Assembly (NCBI GenBank): GCA_051546255.1
Contig: CP128815.1
Location: 1,302,001 to 1,366,000, forward strand
Source: Meyerozyma guilliermondii
Lineage: Eukaryota
Direction of reading: 5' to 3'
Length of the DNA stretch: 64,000 nucleotides
Below the pieces are notes generated by a model, which made no database searches, had not been told where the DNA came from, and worked only from the letters and a program-made list of their open reading frames with translations. Positions 20,267-30,908 of this stretch are shown here, piece by piece; the first letter of the stretch is position 1; the number at the start of each line of letters is the position of its first letter. A program made the translations under genes and the position numbers.

Positions 20267-22681
20267 ATGAGCCTTTTACTTTGTAGGGCAGGGTCCTACG
20301 GGACCGCAATACGATCCAGTCTGTCGTTCATATCTTTCCCTGGTGGAATCTCCAGGCGATGTTTCAGCCGTACTTCCACACCAATGGCGACTTCCATTTT
20401 TCCATCGGGAATGTCTGCTCCAATGGGCGTCATCCACAAGGAACTAACAGGAATGGCTCTTGGCTCCCTCAGGCACACAAGATTATTTTCGACGTCATTT
20501 ATTGCGTTTGAGGCACATAATGAAAAACATAGTGAGTTGATAGAATCTCTCAAAAATTCAAATTCACTACTGAAGCACTTGGAACTAAATTCCATTCGGA
20601 AACGAGATATAAAAGAGGAAGAGAGGCAGAAACAAAGAAAACAAAAACAGAGTTTCAAACAAAACTTTCGTACCATAGGAAGAATATTGAAACTAGGTCG
20701 GCCTGACTTGAAGCTTTTCTTGCTCGCATTACTGTTCATTCTTTTCGCGGTACTCTACCCTACATCGCTAGTAAAGCTTGTAGGAGAAGCCATCGATGCC
20801 TTCAATAACAAAACGTTCGATGAAGATGGCGATCTTCTCATTTGGGGCTATAAATACTCTACAATCTTCACTGCCATGGTTCCCTTCATGGTAGTACTGG
20901 CTATATGTTTCTGGGCACGTATATGGGTCTTGAAAGTGTTGGGAGAGAGATTGGTAGCAAGGTTGAGACTTCGAGTAATGAAGCACTTATTGCGTCACGA
21001 TGCTGCATTTTACGACCAAGAAAAGCACAAAGTGGGAGATTTGATTTCCAGACTTTCCAGCGATGCCTATGTGGTGTCGAGATCCATAACCAGCAATCTA
21101 CCTGACGGTATGAAGAATATCTTGTTCGGTATCATCAGCTCTTACATGATGTATCAGATCAACCCCATTTTGTTTGGAGTAATGCTTTTGATATCTCCTC
21201 CTATTACCATAGGGTCTGTTTGGTATGGTGAAAAGATCCGTCAACTTTCAACTCGATTGCAAAATGCCACCGCGGGCTTGACGAAAGTTAGCGAAGAGAC
21301 ACTCAACGCAGTGAAACTTGTGCAAGCTTTCAGTAGCGAACCAAAGGAGCTTTCAAAGTACTCTGACCAAGTGCGTAATGTGATCAAGATTGCACGAAAA
21401 GAAGCTTTAGCACAATCCAATTACCTGGTATCCATCTACAGTTTATATCATACTGGATACTTGTCATGCATTGCTTTGGGTATGTACTTGATTTTGCAGG
21501 GCAAGATGTCAACTGGTGATGTCGTTGCCTTCACGATGTACCTGGAGTTTTTCAATATGGCCCTTTACAGTCTAACGACCACTTATATGGAGTTGATGAA
21601 AGGTGCTGGTGCTGGAGTCAAGCTTTTCAATTTAATTGATTACCATGACGATGTGAATCCAGTCAAGGGTACACGGGTACCTTCAAACCTTGCGAAAGAT
21701 ATCGAGTTTCGTGATGTTGTATTCAGTTATCCTACTAGACAACACAACAAAATCTTCCGGGGTTGTTCTTTTAATGTTCCAGCAGCATCGAGTACTTGCT
21801 TTGTAGCACCGTCTGGATGCGGGAAATCGACAATTGCACTCTTGCTTTTGCGTTCTTATAACATTGAAAGGGGACAGATATTGATTGGAGGTAAAGACAT
21901 AAAAGATTTTCAAATTCGTGACTTGAGAAGGTCGGTTATTGCAATTGTTCAACAAGAACCGGTACTTTTATCGGGAAGTATTCTCGAAAATATCGTCTAC
22001 GGGTTGACTCCTGCCCAGATAAATCAGCTCACCATGGACGATGTGATAGAAGTTGCAAAACAAGCCAATTGCCATGACTTTATCACTGCACTTCCAGATG
22101 GATACGATACGTTAATTGGCTCCAGAGGTGCTTCTCTCTCCGGAGGACAAAAGCAGCGAGTGGCCATCGCCAGAGCGTTGATCAAAAAGCCTGCTATTCT
22201 CATATTAGATGAGGCTACTTCTGCACTCGATTCAAAGCTGGAAAGTCTTATTAACAACACTCTCAAGAATTTGACTTCAGAAGGAAAAATGACAATTATT
22301 TCTATTGCTCATAGACTTTCTACCATTTCCAAATCCGAGAATGTCATAGTTCTCGGTAAGAAAGGTAAGGTGGTTGAACAAGGAAGGTTTGTGGAACTTT
22401 TCAGTGATCCCAACTCGGAGCTTTCGAAGCTTTTAGATGAGTCAAGTACACAAAAGAAGGAAGACGACGAAAGAAATGACGAGCAAGAGCGTCTAGACAA
22501 GGAAGCCAAAGAAATCGAAATGCGCCAACGTATACAACGGGGAGAGATCGAGTTGGTGAGATCTTTGATAGCTGACTTACCATATACTTCCAAGACAGAA
22601 CTCGTGAAGCAGATGGAACAAGAATTAGCGGAAGAAGAGGAATCTTACGAAAAAGAGGAGCTGACGTCTCAAGCGCCATAA
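20267..22681 (+). CDS. Mitochondrial ABCB half-transporter, Mdl1/Mdl2 family
   Basis: Long presequence, TMD, APSGCGKST, LSGGQKQRVAIARA and LDEATSALD. Confidence 0.85.
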   Translation: MSLLLCRAGSYGTAIRSSLSFISFPGGISRRCFSRTSTPMATSIFPSGMSAPMGVIHKELTGMALGSLRHTRLFSTSFIAFEAHNEKHSELIESLKNSNSLLKHLELNSIRKRDIKEEERQKQRKQKQSFKQNFRTIGRILKLGRPDLKLFLLALLFILFAVLYPTSLVKLVGEAIDAFNNKTFDEDGDLLIWGYKYSTIFTAMVPFMVVLAICFWARIWVLKVLGERLVARLRLRVMKHLLRHDAAFYDQEKHKVGDLISRLSSDAYVVSRSITSNLPDGMKNILFGIISSYMMYQINPILFGVMLLISPPITIGSVWYGEKIRQLSTRLQNATAGLTKVSEETLNAVKLVQAFSSEPKELSKYSDQVRNVIKIARKEALAQSNYLVSIYSLYHTGYLSCIALGMYLILQGKMSTGDVVAFTMYLEFFNMALYSLTTTYMELMKGAGAGVKLFNLIDYHDDVNPVKGTRVPSNLAKDIEFRDVVFSYPTRQHNKIFRGCSFNVPAASSTCFVAPSGCGKSTIALLLLRSYNIERGQILIGGKDIKDFQIRDLRRSVIAIVQQEPVLLSGSILENIVYGLTPAQINQLTMDDVIEVAKQANCHDFITALPDGYDTLIGSRGASLSGGQKQRVAIARALIKKPAILILDEATSALDSKLESLINNTLKNLTSEGKMTIISIAHRLSTISKSENVIVLGKKGKVVEQGRFVELFSDPNSELSKLLDESSTQKKEDDERNDEQERLDKEAKEIEMRQRIQRGEIELVRSLIADLPYTSKTELVKQMEQELAEEEESYEKEELTSQAP

Positions 22682-22872
22682 CTTGTATATATCAAAACAT
22701 AGAGACAGCAAATATATTCAGACAGCAATACTGAACTGGGTCAATTGGCAGGTATTTTTCATAATCACTCTCAATTTCTGACGAACTCAAAATATTTCTT
22801 TTTACACCATCCTTCTCTAACTTTTTATTGAATACTATCTATTTTATCGATCTCCAATTCATAGAATCCCGT

Positions 22873-23055
22873 TTACTCGCCCAAAGGCTTTGGCTCAGTG
22901 GCAGCACCGTTCTCGAACTTCATAACTTTGACCTCAGTCTGTCCTCTTCTCTCAGCAGCAACCTTGAACTCTGGTTTCAAAGAGTTTCTGACAGCTCTGG
23001 CGGCAATAGCCATGGCCTTGTTCAATGAGATACCAGCTTGTTTGTAGGCGGACAT
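22873..23055 (-). CDS. ATP15: F1-ATP synthase epsilon subunit
   Basis: MSAYKQAGISLNKAMAIAARAVRNSLKPE...AERRG. Confidence 0.9.
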   Translation of the reverse strand: MSAYKQAGISLNKAMAIAARAVRNSLKPEFKVAAERRGQTEVKVMKFENGAATEPKPLGE

Positions 23056-23317
23056 AATTGGTAACACCTAGTTTTGTATGAAGTAAGTCGATCGGGTTTG
23101 CTCGCTCACATTGTAATTGGTGCTGAAATTTACGCACGGCCACTATGCGCGTACTGAAAAGTGCTCGCACGGTTGCAAATTGTGCACGGTAAGCGATGAT
23201 AGCTACACTCTAGGCTTTATTTGTACTTCACTTTAATTCCGAGTTAAATAATATACGTTGTAGTATCGATAGTGGAGCCACAAACCATTTGGGATTCAAA
23301 GGTTGATTGAGTTCTCT

Positions 23318-26300
23318 CTACTTTCTTTTGGAATTGATCCAGTTTATAAAATCAAAGAACATGGAAGCTTGAATTTTGTTCTTTGGTTGAACTGCCCAAT
23401 TCTTCATGGTTGTGCAATAGAAATCAATAACCATCTGAATGTTGGCTTCATCAAGGGTAGTTAGTGCCTTGGCAATCAAAAGTCCTGCTTGGTTACAAGC
23501 AAGAGTTTGTGTCTGGGTTTTGCTCTTTGTTGCAATGCCATGAACCTTACTCAAGGTTTCAATCAAGTAGGTCTCAACCTGTTTTGGGTCTGTGCTGATG
23601 GCATCGAAATTGGTGATCTTGCACTTGTTAAACTTACTCTTCATCAATTTGTGAGCCTTAGCGCTTATTGCTTTGTCCATGGTCAATCCTATCAATATCA
23701 CGAGTGGTTCTATCATGGTGAGAACCAATGCTGAGTCAGGCTGCTTACGAACAAATAATTCGAGCAAATCTAACGCCCGGTTTTTGAAAAACGTCATTTG
23801 CTCTTTCGCTTCGACGACTTCAGCTTTCCGCTTATTCCCAGTCACCACGTTGTCAAGGGCATCCTTACGCTCCTTGAAAATTTTGGATAATTGGTCGTCC
23901 ATCTCCATCATTTGCTCGTCATCCATCGAATCAGATTCTCCATCAGAGCCATCAGAATCGTCAGAAAGATCAGAAAATTTAACCTCTCCGCTCGTCTCCG
24001 TCAGAATACCGAGGGCAGCAGCAAGTTTCTTGTTGGTGGTCTTGTCAACCTCGGTTATCTCTGTGTTATCTTCTTGTTCATCACTATCAGAGTCTGACTC
24101 TGCATCGTTCTCTTCCTCACTGTCTTCCTCATCATCACCAGCTGTCCCTTCTTCTTCATTCTCGTACTCTTCTTCTCCTTCAAACAATTGTTGTTGCCCT
24201 TCCTTGTTTTCCTTAGCTGTAAGGATATCATACAAGAGCTTCATACTTGAGGAGTCTGCTAGTATTTTACCATTTTCATCAGGAGTACAGAGGAACGTAT
24301 CCCAGATCATCATTGAGAGCTTTTTAAGTAAGGAAGACCTTCTGGAAACGAATGAAAGTACAATTTCAGTCAATATTATGGCTGAAGACGAGTCTCCGCT
24401 GGAGCTTTGCATCTTTTCATAGCACACAATCAAATCCTCGAATGTGGAAACTGCCTCTGTATCGCCCATGTACAATTGAATGTAAACCATGGAGAACATG
24501 AGCTCGAGACATGAGTTTTGTGCACTCTTTTCAAGTTGATTAACTTCCTTGATCTTCTCATAGCACGAATCAGCGACCGTTGCAAGTTCACCTTCAAGTT
24601 CGGATAAGATTTGGTAGTTGTTGGATCCTTGAAGTTTGCGTATGTATTCCACACATAAGAGAGGCCAACTACCTTTTTTGCGAGGAACACTGATCAACTC
24701 AGCAAGGATGGAGTTTACTCTTTCTTGGCATGTTTTATGAACGGCATCGCTAGTGGTTGTCTTTCCTTCTTTTTCGAAAAAAGCATTCTTCACAAGTTGT
24801 TTGAGAATGTCTTCTGCAAATTGTTGGTGAGAAGCAATTGTTTGTTTTGTACTTCTTATGAGAAGCAAGTATTTATCCAAGACCCACTTTTGCTTGCTTT
24901 CGGAACGCTTAAGCAACTCGGGTTCTTGAGTTTGCACGGCGTCTTCAAATTGGGCATTCAATATAATTCTTACCTCCGATGCAAAATGACTTACTGCCTG
25001 AGCATCGCTGTTTGTTGAAATTGAGGTGATTATCGAGTCAACGGTTTTAGTTTTGGTAACCAAGTCAAAGTTCCAACAACCTCCCATTGACTCGTTTAAA
25101 AGCGAAGATAAAATCGAAGGAGCTTTGAACAAATCTTTTGACACATCAGTAATATGGTCAAGCAGACGGCTCGCCATTTTATGCAATAATCTGTTGGAGT
25201 GAGCCGACTGATTTATCAAGCATCGCATGAAGTTGGGTGAGAATAAGGTGGGTAACTGCTCGGCATTGACACCAGCCACAAATTTACAGAAGATTTCGAA
25301 GCCCCAGTACTTTCTTTCAGGCGAAGACTTATCAGAGAAAAAGGCTTCATCAACGACAACTGTCCAAAATTCATTCAAGGTAATGCGGTTCGTCAGAGTG
25401 CTCGTGTGTTCATCGACTTTGCGCTTCTTAGAAGACTTGGAAGAGGTTCTCGATCGCTTTTTATCATTGCCAAGAGTTTCGGTTTCCAAAGTCAGCTCTA
25501 TGAGGTTGTGTAAAACCAAATCCCACACGAAAGGTAACCGCTGGGTCCAACTGCTCTTCTGCTGGACTTTTTGCTGGCCCTTATTCTCGTCACTATTGTC
25601 AGTAGAGGGGTCTCCCACTTCTTTTAAGGTCCTTGCTAACACAGGTAAGTTTCCCTTGGTCAATGGATCGCCGTTTTTCCAAGTCGAAGAATTGGTAATT
25701 TCTTGAGAAACTGAGCGAAGGTCTGTGGGAATGGATAAGTAGACTGCAATACCCTCAGAAGTAAGAGTAAGCCCCAAATCCGTCAATTGGCGGAAGATAT
25801 AGCGTACTACTTGGGCTCCTAGCTGGTGAGACACCAGCAACTGTTTGATAAATGAACAGAGGGTAAATATAGCAGTCTCACGTAACCATGGTTTTTTAGT
25901 CGCCAATTCCATTAAAAGAGTAACAAATGTTTGCTGTTCTTCAACGACAGCATTCTCATCGGTAATAGAGCCCGAGTTGAGAAGGGCCTGAAGACCAAAA
26001 AGTCTTCCGAAAAGAATTGCACGTTCTTCTTTACCCTTCATCGAAGACTTTACTTGAGTTGCATCGACGATTCTGTCGTAGAAACTTGAAGTAGTTATAA
26101 TTGTCGATTTTGATTGAATAAGCTCCCTCAAGAGCTCAGCTAGCGCCATTGAAAAGCCAAAACGTGCGTTTTGTCTGGTTGTGGATAAACCTTTTATAAG
26201 ACGGTCCAATGCATACTTCCATTCACCTTCATCATTGGCTTTTGTGAGTTCCGATATCAAGCCAGAGGCAGCACTTATACGTTCTTGCGGTACCTCTGAG

Positions 26301-26347
26301 GCTAAGCGATAGTAGTGATCCCTCAGGACGGTCGACTCCGCGGGCAT
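23318..26347 (-). CDS. POL5: Pol5/MYBBP1A nucleolar ribosome-biogenesis factor
   Basis: YALDRLIKGL...ARFGFS, LFGRLFG, ERKYWGF and SMDDEQMMEMDDQL. Confidence 0.92.
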   Translation of the reverse strand: MPAESTVLRDHYYRLASEVPQERISAASGLISELTKANDEGEWKYALDRLIKGLSTTRQNARFGFSMALAELLRELIQSKSTIITTSSFYDRIVDATQVKSSMKGKEERAILFGRLFGLQALLNSGSITDENAVVEEQQTFVTLLMELATKKPWLRETAIFTLCSFIKQLLVSHQLGAQVVRYIFRQLTDLGLTLTSEGIAVYLSIPTDLRSVSQEITNSSTWKNGDPLTKGNLPVLARTLKEVGDPSTDNSDENKGQQKVQQKSSWTQRLPFVWDLVLHNLIELTLETETLGNDKKRSRTSSKSSKKRKVDEHTSTLTNRITLNEFWTVVVDEAFFSDKSSPERKYWGFEIFCKFVAGVNAEQLPTLFSPNFMRCLINQSAHSNRLLHKMASRLLDHITDVSKDLFKAPSILSSLLNESMGGCWNFDLVTKTKTVDSIITSISTNSDAQAVSHFASEVRIILNAQFEDAVQTQEPELLKRSESKQKWVLDKYLLLIRSTKQTIASHQQFAEDILKQLVKNAFFEKEGKTTTSDAVHKTCQERVNSILAELISVPRKKGSWPLLCVEYIRKLQGSNNYQILSELEGELATVADSCYEKIKEVNQLEKSAQNSCLELMFSMVYIQLYMGDTEAVSTFEDLIVCYEKMQSSSGDSSSAIILTEIVLSFVSRRSSLLKKLSMMIWDTFLCTPDENGKILADSSSMKLLYDILTAKENKEGQQQLFEGEEEYENEEEGTAGDDEEDSEEENDAESDSDSDEQEDNTEITEVDKTTNKKLAAALGILTETSGEVKFSDLSDDSDGSDGESDSMDDEQMMEMDDQLSKIFKERKDALDNVVTGNKRKAEVVEAKEQMTFFKNRALDLLELFVRKQPDSALVLTMIEPLVILIGLTMDKAISAKAHKLMKSKFNKCKITNFDAISTDPKQVETYLIETLSKVHGIATKSKTQTQTLACNQAGLLIAKALTTLDEANIQMVIDFYCTTMKNWAVQPKNKIQASMFFDFINWINSKRK

Positions 26348-26594
26348 TAATTTAGTTTAATTTGGGTTTGGTCAAAGTTCAAATTTCCAGCCGCGATGAT
26401 CTTCGGCGTCGCCGCACGATGTACCATAAGTTGAATTAGAGTCTATATAAGTAATAAATTGGAACAACCACAGCGTACTAGGTAGATACAGAAGTATACT
26501 TATACCAGCAGCTCATAGTTCCATAGTGTAAGTGAGTAAAAAAAAGGTCATTAGTCATGTTGAATGACAATCAGTCTGTTGAACAACTGATTGC

Positions 26595-27638
26595 TTAAGC
26601 GTAGGTTTGCTTGGGAAATGGGAACGAAGGACCAATCTCCTGGATGGACAAAGCAGCAGCCCATTGTCCCACGTCGATAGACTTGTCCAAGTCTTTTCCT
26701 TGAACCAATCCAGCCATGAAACCAGCGGCAAAAGCGTCTCCAGCACCGTTGGTATCCTTGACTTTCTCAGCAGCCAATTCTCTGACAGGGTAGCTCTTGA
26801 CGGAGTTTTCACCGGTGGTGTGATCGTGGGTAACAACAATAGTTGGCTCCAAACCGTGAGTGAAAATGACGGTTCTAGGTCTCTTGGTGTTAGCCTTGGG
26901 CAATTGAGCAACATGCTTAGCAACGGCCTCCAAGTCGTTTGCCTTGTCAGCCAAATCGTGAGACTCAGCGTAAGCAGCAGCTTCGGATTCGTTGGCAATA
27001 ACGTAGTCCACGTACTGGAGCGAGTTGTCCAATGGCTCCTTGAAGAATTGAGGAATAAAAGGAGCAGAAAAGTTAATGGCGAAAACCTTGTTGGTCTCAG
27101 CGGCATGCTTTCCCAATAACTCGATAGCAGGAGGACTCACCGTCAAGTGGAAACCACCCACATAGAAGAATTTAGCGTTCTCGACGAGCTTCCAGTTTTC
27201 TGGTTTTTGCAAATGAGTCTCCTTGAAGTGGTTAGCGGCAGCCAAATCAGTTGCCAAAGATCTGTGCGAGCCGGTAATAAGAGCAGCGCACTTTCCGGTA
27301 GCAATATCGTCTTGAACCTGATATTCAGTTCTCAAACCATACTTGGCATTGGCCTCGTTGAGCTTGTCGGCGTAGACATCGCGTCCAACAGATCCAAAGT
27401 ACACCACTGAGTTGGGCTCCAAGATGTACTGGGCACCACGAGCAGTGTTCTGAGCGGCACCTCCAGCGACAACATTCAAATTGTCCATTTTGAGAACTTC
27501 TTCGAAAATAGGCATATGCTTTTCTTCGACTAAAATAGCATCGTCAGCTTTCAAGTCGTACTTCTGCAAGTACTCGGGAGTGACATCTGACTGCAAGTCC
27601 AACAAGGGGTTACCTAAACACACGAGAGGAAACGACAT
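26595..27638 (-). CDS. ADO1: Adenosine kinase
   Basis: LGNPLLD, GGAAQNTARG and DTNGAGDAFAAGF. Confidence 0.95.
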   Translation of the reverse strand: MSFPLVCLGNPLLDLQSDVTPEYLQKYDLKADDAILVEEKHMPIFEEVLKMDNLNVVAGGAAQNTARGAQYILEPNSVVYFGSVGRDVYADKLNEANAKYGLRTEYQVQDDIATGKCAALITGSHRSLATDLAAANHFKETHLQKPENWKLVENAKFFYVGGFHLTVSPPAIELLGKHAAETNKVFAINFSAPFIPQFFKEPLDNSLQYVDYVIANESEAAAYAESHDLADKANDLEAVAKHVAQLPKANTKRPRTVIFTHGLEPTIVVTHDHTTGENSVKSYPVRELAAEKVKDTNGAGDAFAAGFMAGLVQGKDLDKSIDVGQWAAALSIQEIGPSFPFPKQTYA

Positions 27639-27950
27639 GGTATATGATGAACGAACAAATGTACTTGAGATTTTCCACAGGCACGTGGTGTAATGGGTGA
27701 GATCGACTGCACGAGGCGTTCAATTTTGAAAGCCATAGTATAGCAATTAAGGGCTATTATCGAGCCACGAGCACCAAAACCACCGTTTTCACAAAATACA
27801 CTTGTCCCTTTTGATTCCTTCTTAAATTAAACTTGCCTATTCTCGTTCCGAATCAAGGCTTCCTCGGCTTCTGCCTCCAGACACCCACCCAACATCTTGT
27901 GTGGAACCCACCCTGGGGTAAAGAGGAACTGAAATTTATCCATCTAAGGA

Positions 27951-28817
27951 ATGACAAGTTTTCTTCCTGTTTTCACCAACGATTGGCTCCTCGACTACAG
28001 ACCGTTTCCAGACAAGCCTAGCAATGTGTTCGAGGAACATTGGCATGAGGTTGTTTTATCGCTATTGTTCTACGGCACGATCCATTTGTTATCACCATTT
28101 GTGATGTCACGTTGGATGGGGTCGCATTATACGACGCTTCCCAAACGAACCAGAGTCAACTTTGATGTTCACGTTGTTTCCATGGTTCAATGTTTTATAT
28201 CTATTGCCAGTCTTGCACCCATGTGGAATCATTCTCATTGGCAGAACCGACTTAACGACCCCAAAAGTTCTATTGAGGGATCAACTCCGTATGGAAGCTT
28301 TGTCGCCGCCATCACCGTCGGTTACTTTGTGTGGGATGTGATTGTTTGTACGGTTTACTTTCAGCTTTTTGGTCTTGGGTTCTTGGTACATGGACTTGCT
28401 GCCCTCTATGTCTTTTCATTTTGCATGAGACCATATGCCCAACCATGGATCCCCGCATTCTTGTTGTTCGAACTCAGTACGCCGTTTGTGAATATCAATT
28501 GGTTCGCCTCAAAACTCCCCGCTGGAGTCATTGGCTCCAAGACATTCATTATCAATGGTCTTTGCTTGTTGTTCACTTTCTTCACAGTGAGAATTTTGTG
28601 GGGATTCTACGCCGTGACCATCGTTGCTCGTGATATGTTTGCAGTCTGGAATGATAATCCAAAGTTTTTACCGGTTACAATCTTAGGGTTGAATATCACC
28701 TTGGATGTGCTCAATGTATTTTGGTTCCAAAAGATGATCAAAATAGCCACCAAAAAGGCAAGAGGAAATACAAGCACCCGTGCCGCGGCCAAGGAAACAG
28801 CCCAAAAGATTGAATAG
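27951..28817 (+). CDS. TLC-domain membrane protein (Tda4/TMEM56-like)
   Basis: GYFVWD, FLVHG, FELSTPFVNINW, FFTVRILWG and LNVFWF. Confidence 0.85.
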   Translation: MTSFLPVFTNDWLLDYRPFPDKPSNVFEEHWHEVVLSLLFYGTIHLLSPFVMSRWMGSHYTTLPKRTRVNFDVHVVSMVQCFISIASLAPMWNHSHWQNRLNDPKSSIEGSTPYGSFVAAITVGYFVWDVIVCTVYFQLFGLGFLVHGLAALYVFSFCMRPYAQPWIPAFLLFELSTPFVNINWFASKLPAGVIGSKTFIINGLCLLFTFFTVRILWGFYAVTIVARDMFAVWNDNPKFLPVTILGLNITLDVLNVFWFQKMIKIATKKARGNTSTRAAAKETAQKIE

Positions 28818-29306
28818 ACGTTTAATGACCAAATCTAGAGAGCCGTTGTGCCGTGGAAAACAGATGGTTTTGTTGCTGTTCGCCCAATTTTGCTGAAACT
28901 TGTTGGCTGGCTTTTATGAATTTCAAGTAACAAACCGCATATATGACTTCTACATAAGATCTACAAGCACATGAACTTATGGGTCCACGGCTCGAGTTCC
29001 ACCTTTCGCAGCCGCAGCAGCATCGGTCCCTCTCCGGTGTCGTGCCGTGCACAAACGCTCTTTTCTGGAACGGTGTTGATAGCGATCATCATTGTTTTTG
29101 GTGGTAGTACTCGCTTCGTGAATACATCTGATCAGCACCTTTAAAACCTATCAAGCTGTGCTCTCGTACTTAGACAACGGCGTGATACATTTGGAGTGAC
29201 TGAGAAGTTCTCATAACTAATATATTTACTTGATCGCAATTTCAAGTTCCTTAAACCACAACCAAGTGGCGAATTCTTTTGATATTTGAGTAATATTCCT
29301 TGAACG

Positions 29307-29930
29307 ATGAATAACGAATACGACTTTCTTTTCAAGTTGTTGTTGATTGGAGATTCTGGAGTCGGAAAATCTTGTTTGCTCTTGAGGTTTGCTGATGATA
29401 CCTACACCCCTGACTACATTTCTACCATTGGAGTCGACTTTAAGATCAGAACCATCGAGTTGGATGGTAAAACAATCAAGTTGCAAATCTGGGATACCGC
29501 TGGACAAGAAAGATTCAGAACCATTACTTCGTCTTATTACCGTGGAGCCCATGGTATCATCATCGTCTACGATGTCACCGATCAAGAATCTTTCAATAAC
29601 GTCAAGCAATGGCTCCAGGAAATCGACCGTTATGCTACAGGAGGCGTGATGAAGTTGTTGGTTGGTAATAAAGCAGATTTATCCGACAAGAAGATTGTGG
29701 AGTACACCGCCGCCAAGGAGTTTGCCGATGCGTTGGACATCCCATTCTTGGAGACTTCGGCATTGTCTTCAACCAATGTCGAGCAGGCATTCTACACCAT
29801 GGCAAGACAAATCAAAGCTCAAATGACCAACAATGCATCGAGTGGTGCAGGAGGAGCCAATGCAAGCAAGTCTAACGTCAACTTGAGAGGCCAATCATTG
29901 ACTTCCAACCAATCAAACAGCTGTTGTTAG
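29307..29930 (+). CDS. YPT1: Rab1 GTPase Ypt1
   Basis: [27 protein letters not shown] and C-terminal CC. Confidence 0.97.
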   Translation: MNNEYDFLFKLLLIGDSGVGKSCLLLRFADDTYTPDYISTIGVDFKIRTIELDGKTIKLQIWDTAGQERFRTITSSYYRGAHGIIIVYDVTDQESFNNVKQWLQEIDRYATGGVMKLLVGNKADLSDKKIVEYTAAKEFADALDIPFLETSALSSTNVEQAFYTMARQIKAQMTNNASSGAGGANASKSNVNLRGQSLTSNQSNSCC

Positions 29931-30065
29931 TAGCTACATTTCTTAATAAATGTTATATTAGAGTTGGGTATAGGTACTAGGCGGTATGACCTTGACTGAA
30001 GAACATCGACTGTACTTGGTATGAGAATAAATCTACTACTTATGAGCGTCCATTCTACATATTGT

Positions 30066-30620
30066 CTAGCGTATAACATGGGCAATGTACTGAGCATAAG
30101 TAGCACCATCTTCCTTGCCAACAAGCAAACGTCCCTTGCCAACTAATGTCTCACCAGTGACCCACTTTTCGTCCGGTTTAGCACCTTCAGATAACTCAAA
30201 AATGAAGCTGGCTCCAACATAAACGTCTTCAAAAGGAGGATGTTCCTTGGTCTGAGTCTCCAAAACAGCAACGATTTTCTCTGACAATTTCATAATTCCA
30301 TCATATCTCATGGTGAATCCAGTACCTTCACTAGTCTCACCATAGAGTCTACAATCGAGCTTTCCAGCGCCAACAGACTTGTCAAATGTGATGTAGTCGT
30401 GGCCAATGATGTTCTTGGCCTCGAATTTCAACCCCAATGGGTTATCAATGGGACGAATGGTTCCGTTTACGAGAGGTAAAATAACACTGTTCTTTTCGAG
30501 TGATTGCTGCTTGAGAACATTCTGAGGACTCGACGACTTAACCGTGAACTCAAACACAGGAATCAACTTGGGTGCTTCTGGATAAGAGCTGGGGTAGATA
30601 GAAGGATCAATTGCGGACAT
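30066..30620 (-). CDS. DUF3237/UPF0311 beta-barrel protein
   Basis: Pattern G-T-I...G-H-D-Y-I...LDCRLYGET-x-E-G...MRYDG...W...VGKG. Confidence 0.7.
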   Translation of the reverse strand: MSAIDPSIYPSSYPEAPKLIPVFEFTVKSSSPQNVLKQQSLEKNSVILPLVNGTIRPIDNPLGLKFEAKNIIGHDYITFDKSVGAGKLDCRLYGETSEGTGFTMRYDGIMKLSEKIVAVLETQTKEHPPFEDVYVGASFIFELSEGAKPDEKWVTGETLVGKGRLLVGKEDGATYAQYIAHVIR

Positions 30621-30908
30621 AACGATCTAAATTGGGAATTGCAAATTGCAAATGCAGTTTGGGGATCTACTCCTTATATAGCGGACCACAGGAAAAAGTT
30701 GGGCCACTTATCCGCGAGATGCATATGTTGGAACTTCGAAACGCATTAGTCCGATTGCAAAACACAAAGAGGTCTGTGCCTCGGCAAATATCCTCTAACC
30801 TTCACGTCTACCAAACGATTCTGACAGATTCCAAGTAAATTGATTTGATTCGCTTACATAAGCAGCCTTGTCAAACTCGCACCGTCCAAACTACAGTGGC
30901 GACGTAGT

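Noticed and set aside
21805..21831. Degenerate Walker A (APSGCGKST) in the ABC transporter
   Set aside because: Ala at the first position fits [AG]xxxxGK[ST], and all other motifs are intact.
26555..27410. Long overlapping and antisense ORFs over ADO1 (similar ones over BUG1, POL5, ENG1, RPN3, DPB3)
   Set aside because: These are shadows of codon-biased or low-complexity coding sequence and carry no independent motifs.
28822..29140. GC-richer stretch with short minus-strand ORFs and an ATGATGA between the TLC gene and YPT1
   Set aside because: No convincing protein, D box or known RNA signature.
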